From positions 64,001 through 128,000 of the forward strand of contig CAVWBU010000026.1 in assembly GCA_963753345.1 (NCBI GenBank): 64,000 nucleotides of DNA. The letters are read 5' to 3'. The position numbers and the translations under genes are program-made. Position 1 is the stretch's first letter. Each line of letters begins with the position of its first letter. The notes under the pieces are model-generated. The model was given only the letters and a program-made list of their open reading frames with translations, was not told the origin of the DNA and made no database searches. Below are positions 19,601 through 34,629 of the stretch, piece by piece. Source of the DNA: an uncultured Fibrobacterota bacterium (lineage in GTDB: Bacteria; Fibrobacterota; Chitinivibrionia; Chitinivibrionales; FEN-1185).

Positions 19601-20126
19601 CGTCGGGTTCGAATTGTACTGCCGGCTGCTCGAGGAGGCGGTCAAGGAACTGCGCGGCGAAAAACCCGAGCCCGCGCAGGACAGGGAGATCATGCTCGAC
19701 ATCCCTCTCGAAGCGTACATTCCCAACGAATATGTGGAAGACGGGGCTGCGCGGATCTCGGTGTACCAGGAACTGTCGGGCGCTGCCTCCACGGCCGACG
19801 TTGATGAGGCGGAGCGCAGCCTTGCGGACCGGTTCGGCCCCATGCCCCAAAGCGTGCTGTCGCTCCTGGCGCTCTTGAGGATCAGGGTCCTGGCGCGGAG
19901 CCTCGGCTGTGTCAAGGTGAGCGTGTCGCCCGACGGGCGCCTCGCGCTGTCGTTCGCGGGCGACGACGCGCAGGTGCGCGAGGCGATAGGCCGCATCGTT
20001 TCGAAATCGCAGCGCAAATTCGACATTGTCAACGGCACGCCCGCAATGCTCCGGACGCAGCTTGAAGCGAAATCGATGGACGACATGGCGCGCCAGACGG
20101 AAGATCTGCTCGCCGTGCCGGCGTGA
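16698..20126 (+). CDS. mfd: Transcription-repair coupling factor
   Basis: UvrB-like N-terminus, RID (VVHVDHGIG), CGDVGFGKTEVA, DEEQRFGV, DLEIRGAGNILG, TRCF C-terminal domain. Confidence 0.97.
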   Translation: MPIEPLSKLWSRGTFPGLSEWLSRRPQSSLFTGCAGSSDAFLIAGLFSASGRTVLVLVESGKQAEVLSAECASLLGEDSVSLFPSRDAVPYNMKSPFGPVVESRYTVLSALLDGKKAVYIAPHAALLQKVPPPRELFNRIIRLNAGRDISIPTLSSWLADNGFRRETMVADVGTFCIRGGIVDIYPFMTDGPVRVEFFGDVIESIREFDVFSQKTSRSRESVEIFPMKEHCLGPEPVERGLAAMQEYVAGRRDLEGGLSKLSHQWKTLLDHDGIEWFLHWFGLAEASLLDYLPSDAIAVWDDLLPPERRLDECVQNYDRHLERVPAAFSAFVSPPEKLLVPVKEAVDSLSLFTRVFVGTADVAGVDWTTACSMSEQPAFPQAVEPLAADLAAHNAAGDETIMVCGSEGHAGRLLELIGESCPFVKVCVGYLHHGFVDKTNKRLYYSDLQIFNRPPTRQIVHKKVRHGQPLPSYDALSPGDYVVHVDHGIGRFLGIEHITAGGAGRDCMLIAYQSGARLSVPVEDFHKVQKYIGKESVIPALSRLGSESWERLKARTRESLRAMAGELIELYAKRRHYEGISFSKDTLWQKEFEDSFVYELTPDQARAIAEVKKDMESARPMDRLVCGDVGFGKTEVAMRAAFKAVMDGYQVAFLAPTTILTAQHYATFLERMADFPVRIAMLSRFLSAKEQKEVVARVKDGTVDILVGTHRILSQDIAFKNLGLLVIDEEQRFGVRSKERLKQFRYKVDVLSMTATPIPRTLHLSLIGARDLSIINTPPRNRLPIETHVLEHHEEIFKTAIENELDRGGQTYVVHNRIQTLGSIRDTVEVLVPRARVACAHGQMHESELARIMKEFVAGRFDVLVSTVIIENGLDIPNVNTIIVNRADTLGLSQLYQLRGRVGRSSEQAFAYFLTPSFREASEPSLRRLRALEQYTDLGSGFQIAMRDLEIRGAGNILGVHQHGFIAAVGFELYCRLLEEAVKELRGEKPEPAQDREIMLDIPLEAYIPNEYVEDGAARISVYQELSGAASTADVDEAERSLADRFGPMPQSVLSLLALLRIRVLARSLGCVKVSVSPDGRLALSFAGDDAQVREAIGRIVSKSQRKFDIVNGTPAMLRTQLEAKSMDDMARQTEDLLAVPA

Positions 20127-20169
20127 GCGCGTGGCATTCGACGGCACCATCATATATTTTTTTTCGGAT

Positions 20170-21078
20170 ATGAACATACCAAAGTGTGCCGCCGTCGGAC
20201 TTCTGGCCGCCTGCGCCCTTGCCGGGTGTGCAAACCGTCCCAAGGGGCCGGTGGTGGCGCGCGTAGGCGAGTCGGTGCTCACGCTTGACGAACTCTACAA
20301 GAGCATTCCCCCCGAATACAGCGAGTACATCACGCGGGAACAGGTCGTCGGCTACGTGAAGCAATGGATCGACAACAAAGTTCTGTACGACGAGGCCCTG
20401 CGGCTCAAGATAGACAAAGAGGAACCAATCCGCGAGCGGCTCAGGCGCATGAAGCAGGACCTTTTGTGCGCCGAAATGGTCAGCCGCAGCGCGGCCTCCC
20501 CGCAGGCGGCGAAGGTCGGCGACGAGGCGATCGCGGCCTATTACAACGACAACAAGGGGAAGTTTGTCCGCGAAACGAACGTCGCAAAGTTCCTCCAGAT
20601 CGTGTGCGGCGACGCGAACACCGCCGCAAAGGTCCGTTCGCTCGCGACGGCCGACAATTTTCAAAGCCTCGCCGCCCAGTACTCGAAGGTTCCCTTGCCC
20701 GATGCGAAGTCCTTACCGTATGTCAAGTTCAGCGACATCCCGGCGGAGCTTGCCCAGGAGATCGTTGCCGCGAAAATCAACGGCACCACCGGCGTCGTAC
20801 GGACCGACGCGGGCTTCTGCGTCGCGCGCGTGCTCGACAAGCAGCCCAAGGGCACACCGTGCGAGCTTCCGGAGGTGAGGGACGACATCGCCGCCATCCT
20901 TGCCGCGCGCGCGCAGAACGCGGCGGTCGAGCGCCTTATTTCGTCCCTGCGGACAAGAATGAGGGTTGAGACGAACCTCGACCTGATCACCGAGCAGCAC
21001 GCATCGCCGCAGGAAGGCGGCGTGCAGAAAACCCCGCCAGTGCCGCCGGATTCTTCAACAAAAGAAAGCCAGGAATAA
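20170..21078 (+). CDS. PpiC-type peptidyl-prolyl isomerase-like lipoprotein
   Basis: Lipobox LAGC; VVARVGESVLT; FQSLAAQYS; lies in the mfd-surA operon. Confidence 0.75.
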   Translation: MNIPKCAAVGLLAACALAGCANRPKGPVVARVGESVLTLDELYKSIPPEYSEYITREQVVGYVKQWIDNKVLYDEALRLKIDKEEPIRERLRRMKQDLLCAEMVSRSAASPQAAKVGDEAIAAYYNDNKGKFVRETNVAKFLQIVCGDANTAAKVRSLATADNFQSLAAQYSKVPLPDAKSLPYVKFSDIPAELAQEIVAAKINGTTGVVRTDAGFCVARVLDKQPKGTPCELPEVRDDIAAILAARAQNAAVERLISSLRTRMRVETNLDLITEQHASPQEGGVQKTPPVPPDSSTKESQE

Positions 21079-21082
21079 CAGC

Positions 21083-22372
21083 GTGACCCTGCCAAGGACC
21101 ATGATAAGCCTGCTGTTGGCCGCATTCGCCGCGGCGCCCTTTGCCGCGGAACGATTCGACGGCGTCGTCGCCGTCGTCGGAGATTCCGTGATCCTGCAGT
21201 CGGAACTCGACGCCTACATCATGATGCGCCAGACAAGCCAGGGCGCCAAGCCCGACACCGCGCAATTCCGCTCGCTGCGCAAACAGTTTGTGGGCGACCT
21301 GGTGGACGGGAAGGTGCTTGTCGTTCATGCCGCGAAGGATTCCAATATCGTCGTAAAGGAAAGCGAGGTGGACCAGGCCGTGGCCGGACACGTTGCACAG
21401 ATCCTTTCGCAGAACGGCATGACCATGGACGCTCTCGAAAAGGAGCTGCGCGACAAATACGGCATGGGGCTGTCCAAGTTCAAGACGCAACTGAGGTCCC
21501 AGATCCAGGAGCAATTGATAAAGCAGAAGGTGTCGCAGCAGTACGTGGGGCAGGTCTCGGTGAGCAAAAACGACGTGGAAAACTTTTACCGCGAGTTCAA
21601 GGACAGCCTTCCCACCATCGGCGAGAGCGTTCTGCTGTCCAAGATCGTGCTCAAGCTCACCACGCCCGATTCGCTGCGCCAGGCCGCCTTTTCAAAGGCG
21701 AAGAGCATCAAGCGCCGCCTTGACGAAGGCGCGGATTTCGTCGCCGTCGCCAAGCAGTTCTCCGAAGACCCGAACGCCGAAAACGGCGGCGATCTCGGGT
21801 TTGTCGGCAAGGGAACGCTCTCCGAGCTGAAGTTCGAGGAGGCGGTCTTTTCCCTCAACGTGGGACAGACGAGCGACATCATCGAGTCTCGTCTCGGATT
21901 CCACATTGTTAACATTATTGCGAAAAAGGACCAGATGGTGCACGTGCGGCAGATTTTCGTGAGCCTTACGCCGCCCGAGGCCGCGGTGAAGCGGTCCATG
22001 GCGCTCCTCGATTCGGTGCGCGCGTCCGCGAAGACCCAGGCCGATTTCACCGACGCGGTGCGCCGGCTCTCCACCGACCCGCAGACGCGTGCGCATAACG
22101 GCCGCGTGGGTTGGGTGCCGCTGTTCAGCCTTACCGAGGCCGCCCGCGCCGCGATCGACAGCCTGCCCGTGGGCGGCATTGCAGCACCCCTCCGCGAAGG
22201 CAACGAAGTTTCCCTGTACCGGCTTGACGACCGGATGAAGAACCGGCCGCTCACCATGGAGGACGATTACGACCTTCTTTCCGAAAAGGCAAAAGAGATC
22301 GTGGCGCAGAAGAAACTGATCGACCTCGTCAAGAAATGGCGTCGCGAGATTTACGTTGACATAAGGTTGTAG
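21083..22372 (+). CDS. surA: SurA-like chaperone/PPIase
   Basis: DGVVAVVGDSVILQSE N-terminal domain and two parvulin domains (FVAVAKQFSEDP...GGDLG; GFHIV). Confidence 0.85.
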   Translation: MTLPRTMISLLLAAFAAAPFAAERFDGVVAVVGDSVILQSELDAYIMMRQTSQGAKPDTAQFRSLRKQFVGDLVDGKVLVVHAAKDSNIVVKESEVDQAVAGHVAQILSQNGMTMDALEKELRDKYGMGLSKFKTQLRSQIQEQLIKQKVSQQYVGQVSVSKNDVENFYREFKDSLPTIGESVLLSKIVLKLTTPDSLRQAAFSKAKSIKRRLDEGADFVAVAKQFSEDPNAENGGDLGFVGKGTLSELKFEEAVFSLNVGQTSDIIESRLGFHIVNIIAKKDQMVHVRQIFVSLTPPEAAVKRSMALLDSVRASAKTQADFTDAVRRLSTDPQTRAHNGRVGWVPLFSLTEAARAAIDSLPVGGIAAPLREGNEVSLYRLDDRMKNRPLTMEDDYDLLSEKAKEIVAQKKLIDLVKKWRREIYVDIRL

Positions 22373-22377
22373 CTCCC

Positions 22378-23178
22378 GTGAACTACGGCGCCCTTGCTCC
22401 TCTCTACGACAGGCTCATGGCGCATGTCGGGTACCACCGCTGGCACACGCTCATCGAGGACGTTATCCGGCGGTACGGGCGGTCAAGCCGGCCGTCCATC
22501 CTCGAAATCGGCGCCGGCACAGGCCTCCTCGGCGAGCGGATGCGCAAGGCCGGCCTGCGGTACGTCGGTTCGGACCTTTCGTATGCCATGTGCCTCCAGG
22601 CGCGGCCGCGGCTCGGCGGCGCCGTCTGCGCGGACGGCAGGCGCCTTCCGTTCAAGGACTCGCGGCCGTTCGACCTTGTTCTGTTTCTGTACGACGGCAT
22701 CAACTACCTCATGGACCGGGACTCCTACGAGCAGTTGTTCGGCGAGGTGCACGCCAGGCTGGCGGACGGCGGGCTGTTCCTGTTCGACATCACCACGGTG
22801 TTCAATTCCGTCAACAATTTCAGGGAGTATGTGGACGCCGACGATTTCGGCGACTGTTTCTATTACCGGCACAGCTACTACCATTCGGTCCAGGGAATGC
22901 AATACAACGATTTCACCATTTTCAGCCGGTGCGACGGACAGGCTGGGTCCGACGGTGCGCAGGGTTTTGTCGCGCCGCTGGACGATGGCCGGTCCGGTTT
23001 GTTCGCAAAGAGCATGGAACACCACGAACAGAAGGTCTTTCCGGTGAGCGTGGTCCGCGGCTTCGTACCCGATTCCCTGTTCGAGGTGCTGGGCGTCTGG
23101 GACGATTTTTCCTTCAGGAAGTACACCCCGCATTCCGAGCGCGTGCACTTTCTCTTGAGGAAGAAGGATGCGCGATGA
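22378..23178 (+). CDS. Class I SAM-dependent methyltransferase
   Basis: ILEIGAGTG, GSDLS, YDGINYL, GGLFLFD. Confidence 0.9.
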   Translation: MNYGALAPLYDRLMAHVGYHRWHTLIEDVIRRYGRSSRPSILEIGAGTGLLGERMRKAGLRYVGSDLSYAMCLQARPRLGGAVCADGRRLPFKDSRPFDLVLFLYDGINYLMDRDSYEQLFGEVHARLADGGLFLFDITTVFNSVNNFREYVDADDFGDCFYYRHSYYHSVQGMQYNDFTIFSRCDGQAGSDGAQGFVAPLDDGRSGLFAKSMEHHEQKVFPVSVVRGFVPDSLFEVLGVWDDFSFRKYTPHSERVHFLLRKKDAR

Positions 23179-23873
23179 TCCAGTTCTCCCACGTGACCAA
23201 GGTGTACGCCGGGTCGTTCGAGGCCCTTGCGGATGTTTCGGTGTTTATTGATAAAGGCGAATTCGTCTTTCTCACCGGGGCGAGCGGCGCGGGCAAGACC
23301 ACGCTGCTCAAGCACATTTACATGGAAGAATTCCCCACCAAGGGCCAGGTGTTCGTGGGCGGGTACGACTCCACCTACATGAAAAGCCGCGACATCCCGC
23401 ACTTGCGGCGCAAGCTGGGCATCGTGTTCCAGGACTTTCGGCTGCTTACCGACCGCGACGTGTTCGAGAACGTGGCGTTCGCCATGCGTGCCACGGGCCG
23501 GAAGGAGCGCGCGGTGAAACGGAAGGTCTTCGAGGTGCTCGCGCTCACGGGCCTGTCGCACAAGTGCACGTATTTTCCGCTCCAGCTTTCCGGGGGAGAA
23601 CAGCAGCGGGTGTGCATCGCACGGGCGATTGTCAACGACCCCTGGATCCTCCTTGCCGACGAGCCCACGGGCAACCTCGACATTGCCGTTTCCAAGGAGA
23701 TCATGCTGCTGTTCCAGCAGATCAACAGCTGGGGAACAACCGTGATCATGGCGACGCACGACGAATTTCTCAAGCGGCAGTACCATTACCGGGAGCTTGT
23801 GCTCGACCGGGGCGCGCTGGTCCGCGGGGGCGACACAACGGTAAGGCCCAAGATCGGGAGGACGTTCGCATGA
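23175..23873 (+). CDS. ftsE: Cell division ABC ATPase FtsE
   Basis: [53 protein letters not shown] at 23175. Confidence 0.9.
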   Translation: MIQFSHVTKVYAGSFEALADVSVFIDKGEFVFLTGASGAGKTTLLKHIYMEEFPTKGQVFVGGYDSTYMKSRDIPHLRRKLGIVFQDFRLLTDRDVFENVAFAMRATGRKERAVKRKVFEVLALTGLSHKCTYFPLQLSGGEQQRVCIARAIVNDPWILLADEPTGNLDIAVSKEIMLLFQQINSWGTTVIMATHDEFLKRQYHYRELVLDRGALVRGGDTTVRPKIGRTFA

Positions 23874-24817
23874 TCCTCGTCACCGGCGCGGCAGGCTTCA
23901 TCGGCTTTCACGTGTGCAGGCGGCTCCTCGCGGAAGGCAACGACGTGCTCGGCGTCGATAATGTCAACGATTACTACGACCCGTCGCTCAAGGAGGCGCG
24001 CCTCAAACAGCTTGAGGCGTACAAAGGGTTTCATTTTCAAAGAATGGACATCTGTGATTACGAGGGGCTTGTCTCCCTTGTAAAGAAATACCCGGTGTCG
24101 AAGATCTGCCATCTTGCCGCGCAGGCGGGGGTGCGGTATTCCATCACCAATCCGTTCGCCTATCAGAAGGCGAACAATGAGGGATTCCTCAGCATCATCG
24201 AGATCGCACGCCATGCAGAGGTGAAAAACTTTGTGTACGCGTCATCCTCCTCGGTGTACGGCGGAAACACCAAGCTGCCGTTTTCAGAAGCGGACCGGGT
24301 CGACAGCCCCATTTCGCTGTATGCCGCCACCAAGCGCTCCAACGAGCTCACGGCTCACTGCTACAGCCACCTGTACGGCGTGCCGTGTTCGGGCCTGAGG
24401 TTCTTCACGGTGTACGGGCCGTGGGGAAGGCCCGACATGGCCCTGTTCGTCTTTACAAAGGCGATTATCGAGGGACGGCCCATCGACGTGTTCAACGAAG
24501 GAAGAATGAAGAGGAACTTCACCTATGTCGACGATATCGTCGACGGCGTTCTGCTCGCCTTGGCTCATCCCGTTCCGTATGAGGTTTACAATATCGGAAA
24601 CAGCAGAGCCGAGAATCTCATGGATTTCATCGCGGCAATCGAGAAGAAGGTGGGGAAGAAGGCCGTTGTCAGGCTCAAGCCCATGCAGCCGGGCGACGTG
24701 CCGGCAACGGTGGCCGACATTGAGAAATTATCAAGATTGGGGTATTGCCCGAAAACGAATATTAATGAGGGGATCGAGAATTTTGTGGAATGGTATCGGC
24801 AGTATTACCGAGTGTGA
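23870..24817 (+). CDS. NAD-dependent epimerase (UDP-glucuronate 4-epimerase-like)
   Basis: [42 protein letters not shown]. Confidence 0.92.
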   Translation: MILVTGAAGFIGFHVCRRLLAEGNDVLGVDNVNDYYDPSLKEARLKQLEAYKGFHFQRMDICDYEGLVSLVKKYPVSKICHLAAQAGVRYSITNPFAYQKANNEGFLSIIEIARHAEVKNFVYASSSSVYGGNTKLPFSEADRVDSPISLYAATKRSNELTAHCYSHLYGVPCSGLRFFTVYGPWGRPDMALFVFTKAIIEGRPIDVFNEGRMKRNFTYVDDIVDGVLLALAHPVPYEVYNIGNSRAENLMDFIAAIEKKVGKKAVVRLKPMQPGDVPATVADIEKLSRLGYCPKTNINEGIENFVEWYRQYYRV

Positions 24818-24925
24818 CCGCAGCGGCGGCCGGAAAAGTCCGTGATTTCAGGTGTGCCTTATTGTAAATTATATATTGACAAGAACCTCACCGGCGCTGC
24901 CGAGCCCGAATTTTCGCAGTCTATC

Positions 24926-27391
24926 ATGCAAAGGCCGAACACGATGACGTCTATGGTAAAAATCGCTCCGATGCTTGCCCTGCTTTGTGCCGTGGCCGCA
25001 TTTGGCCAGTTCAGTTCCAGCGACAGCTTGCTTGCAAGGCAGTACATGGAGCAGAGGGGACTGACCGCAACCGACCTGAAAAACCATGCAAGAAGCTATG
25101 AGACGCACGACACGCTTTTTAAGGCGCAGAATCCCGCCGATTCGGCCGACAGCGCTCTGGCAGCCCGCCTCAGGGCAGACACGATCCGCCAGGCGTCGAT
25201 CTACGAGAACATCATCAAAAACAGGACCATCGATCCCGATTCCCTCCTCCGCACGCTCACCATTTTCGGCCAGGATGCGTTTGCCGGCGTAAAGCCTTCC
25301 ACGTTCGCGCCCGCGGACTACGCGGCCACGCCTGCCGATTACGTGGTGGGCAGCGGGGACGAGATCGTCGTGTTTTTGTGGGGCAGGATCAATGAGGGGG
25401 AATACCGTCTCAAGGTCGACAAGGAAGGAAGAATCAACATCCCGCACATCGGCCCGGTTTCGGTGGCGGGCCTGCCGTTCAGCGTATTGCAGGAGAACAT
25501 CCTGAACCGCGTGCAGAGCATCGAAGGCGTGCAGGCAACGGTTTCCATGGGGGAATTGCGCTCCATAGGCGTTTTTATCATGGGCGAGGTGAAATCGCCC
25601 GGCTATTACACGGTGAGCGGGCTTTCCAACGTCACCAACGCGCTGTTCGCCGCCGGCGGGCCCACGCGCCGGGGATCGCTCCGCAACGTTCAGCTCAAGC
25701 GCCACGGCGGGGTGATCGCCACGGTTGATTTTTACGATTTCCTTCTGTCGGGCAGGGACAACGCGAACATACGGCTCAAATCGGGCGACGTCATCCTCGT
25801 GCCGATTGTCAAGAAAATGGTCGCCGTTGCAGGAAACGTCCGGCGCAGCGCTTTGTACGAAATCAAGCCGAATACATCGCTCAAGGAAGCGCTCGGCCTT
25901 GCCGGCGGCGTTTCACCGGCCGCGTGGGGCAGCAGGATTCAGATAGAACGGTTCAAGGACAACGCGATGCAGGTGGTGCTCGACCTCGCATCCGAACCAG
26001 GGCAGGCCATTCCGGAATTCGAGGTCCAGGACGGCGACATCATCAAGGTTTTTCCCATTGTCGAAAAGAACAAGAATGCGGTGTATCTTTCCGGGAATGT
26101 CATGCGGCCCGGGAAATACGAGTACAAGCCGGGCATGCGGCTCGCCGACATTCTTCCGGATTTCAACGCCCTTCTTCCCGAGACGTACCTCGATTATGCC
26201 ATTGTGCTCAGGCAGGAGCCGCCCACCTTTGTAAACCGTCTCGTGCCGTTCAACCTCAGGGCAGGGCTTTCGGATCATTCTTCGCCGGACAATATTCCGC
26301 TTCTGCCCCGCGACGAAGTGATCGTTTACTCCCGGGACTACTTTGAGCCGGACAGGACCGTCTCGATCGACGGTGCGGTAACGAACCCGGGCAAGGATAC
26401 GCTTCTCGAGAACATGAGGGTCCGCGACCTCATCATCAAGGCGGGCGGGTTGACCGAGCAGGCAAGTCCCCAGTACGGAGAAATCTACCGTCGGACCTAT
26501 GATGGTGAAATCGTTTCCACCGAAAAAATCAATTTCTGTGTGAGCTGCGCGCTTGCCAACGATTCTTCAAACAATATGGTGCTCAAGAAATTCGACAGGG
26601 TTTACATCCGCACCAAAAAGGGCTGGCAGGACGAGCGGCGGATTGTTTTAAAGGGCGAATTCGTGTTTCCGGGAGAATATGTCATTCTGGAAAAAGAGAC
26701 CCTTGGGCACATCATCGAAAGGGCGGGAGGATTTACCTCCGAAGCATACCTTCCCGCGTCGATGGTCTGCCGTGTGTCGGTGAAAAACCTTGAGAAGAAA
26801 AGAAACGACGAATACGTGAGCGGGCTTCAAAATGATGCGGTCAAGCTTTCCACCGACCTTGTGTCAAAGGGCGCGACTTCGGCTGATGCGCAGGCGCTTC
26901 TGCAGCAACAAATGCTGCTGCTGTCGAAACTGCGGTCCAAGGAATCAACAGGGCGGATCGTCATCGACCTTACCAATCCTGCGGCGTACGGGAATTTCAA
27001 TCTCGAGGACGGCGACAGTATTTTCGTTCCAAAGCTTGCGGGGACCGTTTCGGTGATCGGCGAGGTATACAATCCGGCGACATTCAGGTTCGACAACGCA
27101 AATACAAGAGCGAAGTACTATGTTGAAATGGCAGGAGGCTTCAAGGAAAACGCGGCGCAGAAAAATGTTTACGTATTCAAGGCAAACGGCAGCATTGTCA
27201 CCAACAGGAATATCAATATCATGGAATACAGCCTAGCGCCAGGGGACGTCGTGGTTGTCCCGCAGAAGATCGAGTACCAGAATAACTTCAAGGTCTTCAT
27301 GGAAACCATCACCGCGATTTTCCAGATCGCAACCATTCTGACCGCTATTGCCACCCTCATCATAGCTATTGATGCCGTAAACAAACCGTAG
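24926..27391 (+). CDS. Polysaccharide export protein with multiple SLBB domains (KpsD/Wza-like)
   Basis: DYVVGSGDEI Poly_export motif, repeated SLBB units, signal peptide, C-terminal hydrophobic helix. The start may be 24953. Confidence 0.88.
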   Translation: MQRPNTMTSMVKIAPMLALLCAVAAFGQFSSSDSLLARQYMEQRGLTATDLKNHARSYETHDTLFKAQNPADSADSALAARLRADTIRQASIYENIIKNRTIDPDSLLRTLTIFGQDAFAGVKPSTFAPADYAATPADYVVGSGDEIVVFLWGRINEGEYRLKVDKEGRINIPHIGPVSVAGLPFSVLQENILNRVQSIEGVQATVSMGELRSIGVFIMGEVKSPGYYTVSGLSNVTNALFAAGGPTRRGSLRNVQLKRHGGVIATVDFYDFLLSGRDNANIRLKSGDVILVPIVKKMVAVAGNVRRSALYEIKPNTSLKEALGLAGGVSPAAWGSRIQIERFKDNAMQVVLDLASEPGQAIPEFEVQDGDIIKVFPIVEKNKNAVYLSGNVMRPGKYEYKPGMRLADILPDFNALLPETYLDYAIVLRQEPPTFVNRLVPFNLRAGLSDHSSPDNIPLLPRDEVIVYSRDYFEPDRTVSIDGAVTNPGKDTLLENMRVRDLIIKAGGLTEQASPQYGEIYRRTYDGEIVSTEKINFCVSCALANDSSNNMVLKKFDRVYIRTKKGWQDERRIVLKGEFVFPGEYVILEKETLGHIIERAGGFTSEAYLPASMVCRVSVKNLEKKRNDEYVSGLQNDAVKLSTDLVSKGATSADAQALLQQQMLLLSKLRSKESTGRIVIDLTNPAAYGNFNLEDGDSIFVPKLAGTVSVIGEVYNPATFRFDNANTRAKYYVEMAGGFKENAAQKNVYVFKANGSIVTNRNINIMEYSLAPGDVVVVPQKIEYQNNFKVFMETITAIFQIATILTAIATLIIAIDAVNKP

Positions 27392-27494
27392 CCAAGTAGC
27401 GTTGAGCAAGGCACCGGGACCGGGTTTCAATTAGATAGAGCGTTTCTCCGCAGGGAGAAGCGCCCTTTTCGTTTGCAGACGCACATCGCCGTCA

Positions 27495-30058
<2,564 letters not shown>

Positions 30059-30059
<1 letters not shown>

Positions 30060-30862
30060 TACGTCTGTTCTCCTTGGCGTCGTGTGCCGCTCTCTTCGAG
30101 GCCGGCAAGAAGGGGCAGCGCCCATTCCGCGGTCGCGTCGAAGGAAAGCGGCGTCACGGTGATGTATCTGTTGAGAAGCGCCCGTGAGTCGAATGTGTCA
30201 AGCGCTTCAATGTCCTTCTTGTCGCCGTACACGACATAGCCCTCCGGCATCCCCTCTGTCTCCACGCGGCGGTACCGGTCGTCGAAAAACGCCATGCTCT
30301 GCCGCGTCACCTTCACCCCCCGGCATGCAGCGGGCGCGCACTCGGGGAAGTTAACATTGTAGAACGTACAGCGGCCGTTTTGCCCGGGGCCGGTCTTCAG
30401 AATGCGGTTGAGAATGTCAAGCGCCGTCCGTGAATAGGCGTCGGCAAATTCCGCGGCCTGCGCGCACACCGAAAACGCGATGCTCGGCACGCGCCAGAAC
30501 GCACCCTCGCGGGCGGCAGCTACGGTGCCGGAGTAATACCCGGAGATGCCGGAGTTCTCGCCGATGTTCATTCCTGCGACAACGGCGTCGGGCCGGTGCG
30601 GCAGAAGGTGGCTTATGGCGAATTTCACGCAGTCGGACGGCGTGCCTTCTATGCAATAGCCGTTCATGCCGGCGTCCTGCGGCAGTGCGGCATAGCGCAG
30701 GGGTTTGTTGAACGTGAATGCATGGCCGATGCCGCTCTGCTCCCGCGCGGGCGCCGCCACGATGATGTCGTATTCCGCGGCAAGTGCCGAGTGGAGGCTC
30801 TTAAGGCCGGGCGCAGCGCAGCCGTCATCATTTGTCAATAATATCGTGGGTCGTTGTTTCAT
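30059..30862 (-). CDS. surE: 5'/3'-nucleotidase SurE
   Basis: ILLTNDDG, QSGIG, GTPSDCV, YSGTVAAAREG. Confidence 0.95.
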
Positions 30863-30956
30863 GAGTTTATTGTTTGGCGAATTTTCCGAGTCAAGGCGGT
30901 TCTAATCTTTGTATCTTTATGCTTTCAACTCTCAAACTTCAACTTTCAACTTGTTT

Positions 30957-33209
<2,253 letters not shown>

Positions 33210-33213
<4 letters not shown>

Positions 33214-34307
33214 AGTGCGCTCACCGCTCCTTCCCGCACCACGAAACGGGGCAGCGCGAAAACGCCGTTGTCGCGGTCCGACGGGGACGTCACCAGAAGC
33301 TGGCCCCGGTGTTCGAGAAGCGGAACAACACGGGAGGACCGGGCGGAATCGAGGTAGCTCACCGCGTCGTCGAAGAGGAATATCATCGAGTCTTTTCCGT
33401 AGCGTTCGCTCATGAGCACCGACGCCATGCGGAGCGACAAGGCCACCGTCGTGGACTGCCCGAGCGAGGCAAACGACCGGGCGTCGCAGTTGTTGACAAG
33501 AAGAATGATATCGTCGCGGTGCGGTCCCGCCGAGGAGAACCCGGCGAGAACGTCCCTGCTTCGCCCGCTTCTCAGGCTGTTGCAAAAGGCGTTCTCCCAG
33601 TCTTCCGGGGAACCGGCCTCGCAGCGCACCGAAGGCTTGTACTCCATCGAGGCGGTCTCCCCATTGCCGCTGATGTCGGCGTACAACGAAGCGAAGACGG
33701 GGGCCATGGCTGCGCACAGCGCGCTGCGTTTGTGGAACACGGACGCGCCATGGCGGGCCATCGCGTCTTCGTATACGTCAAGTTGAGCGTCGCCGATCTT
33801 CCTGGCAAGCAGACTGTTCCGCTGTGCAAGGCTCTTCTTGTACGAAATAAGCGAGGCAAGATACGGGGGATCGATCTGGCTGATGAAGATGTCGAGGAAA
33901 TTCCTGCGGTCCCGGGGTGCCCCCTGGACAAGCGCCAAATCTTCGGGGCCGAACGACACTGCCATGCCGTGTCCGAGCCATTGCGAGAACGACGCAATCG
34001 GCCTTCCGTCCGCCTTCATCGACACTTTCTGCTCGCGGTTGAACCCGATAGAGACCGGCACGTTTTTCCCGCTCTCGCTGTTCGAAAATACGCCTTCGGC
34101 ATAGCAGTAATCGGACGAAAATCCGATAAGTTCGTTTCTTGTCGCGCCCCGCTGAGAGCGTGCGGTGCACAGGAGAAAAATCGCTTCGAGAAGGTTTGTT
34201 TTTCCGCTGCCGTTGGACCCGGTCAAAAGCATCCCTCTCTCCGGAATGTCCAGCGATAAGTCTTTGTAGTTTCGAAAGTTATCAAGACTGATCCGCGACA
34301 GAAACAT
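33210..34307 (-). CDS. recF: DNA replication/repair protein RecF
   Basis: NFRNY, GSNGSGKTNLLEA, GPHRDD, SLGQ. Confidence 0.95.
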
Positions 34308-34566
34308 ACCCGTTAAATATATATTATAGATAATTCATATATATATACTTTCTCCGAGTTTCTGAAGCAGTTATCAGTCGCTTTTTGTAAATCAACAAGC
34401 TGGAATCGGAAGCGGCGCGACATGGCTCGGTTTAAGGGTTCCGGGCGGCCCCGTGGATGCCGAGATTGCACAAAATCCGGCACGTGGGATTTTTTTTGCT
34501 TGACTCCGTGAAGGCCTATGATTTTTATTTAAAGGGTAGCAGGAATCGCTTTCCGGCTGTTGATGC

Positions 34567-34608
34567 AAATTCCCGCTCCCCTCGAGGGGACGGGGATTTT
34601 TTTATTTT
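34567..34608 (+). terminator. Intrinsic terminator within the greA leader
   Basis: AAATTCCCGCTCCCCTCGAGGGGACGGGGATTTTTTTATTTT, downstream of a TTGACT -35-like element at 34500. Confidence 0.7.
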
Positions 34609-34629
34609 GTGCAGCACGAACAGAAATTG

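Noticed and set aside
34308-34500. Possible oriC upstream of recF (AT-rich TATATA tract)
   Set aside because: No TTATCCACA-like DnaA box cluster and no dnaA/dnaN adjacent. More likely divergent promoters.
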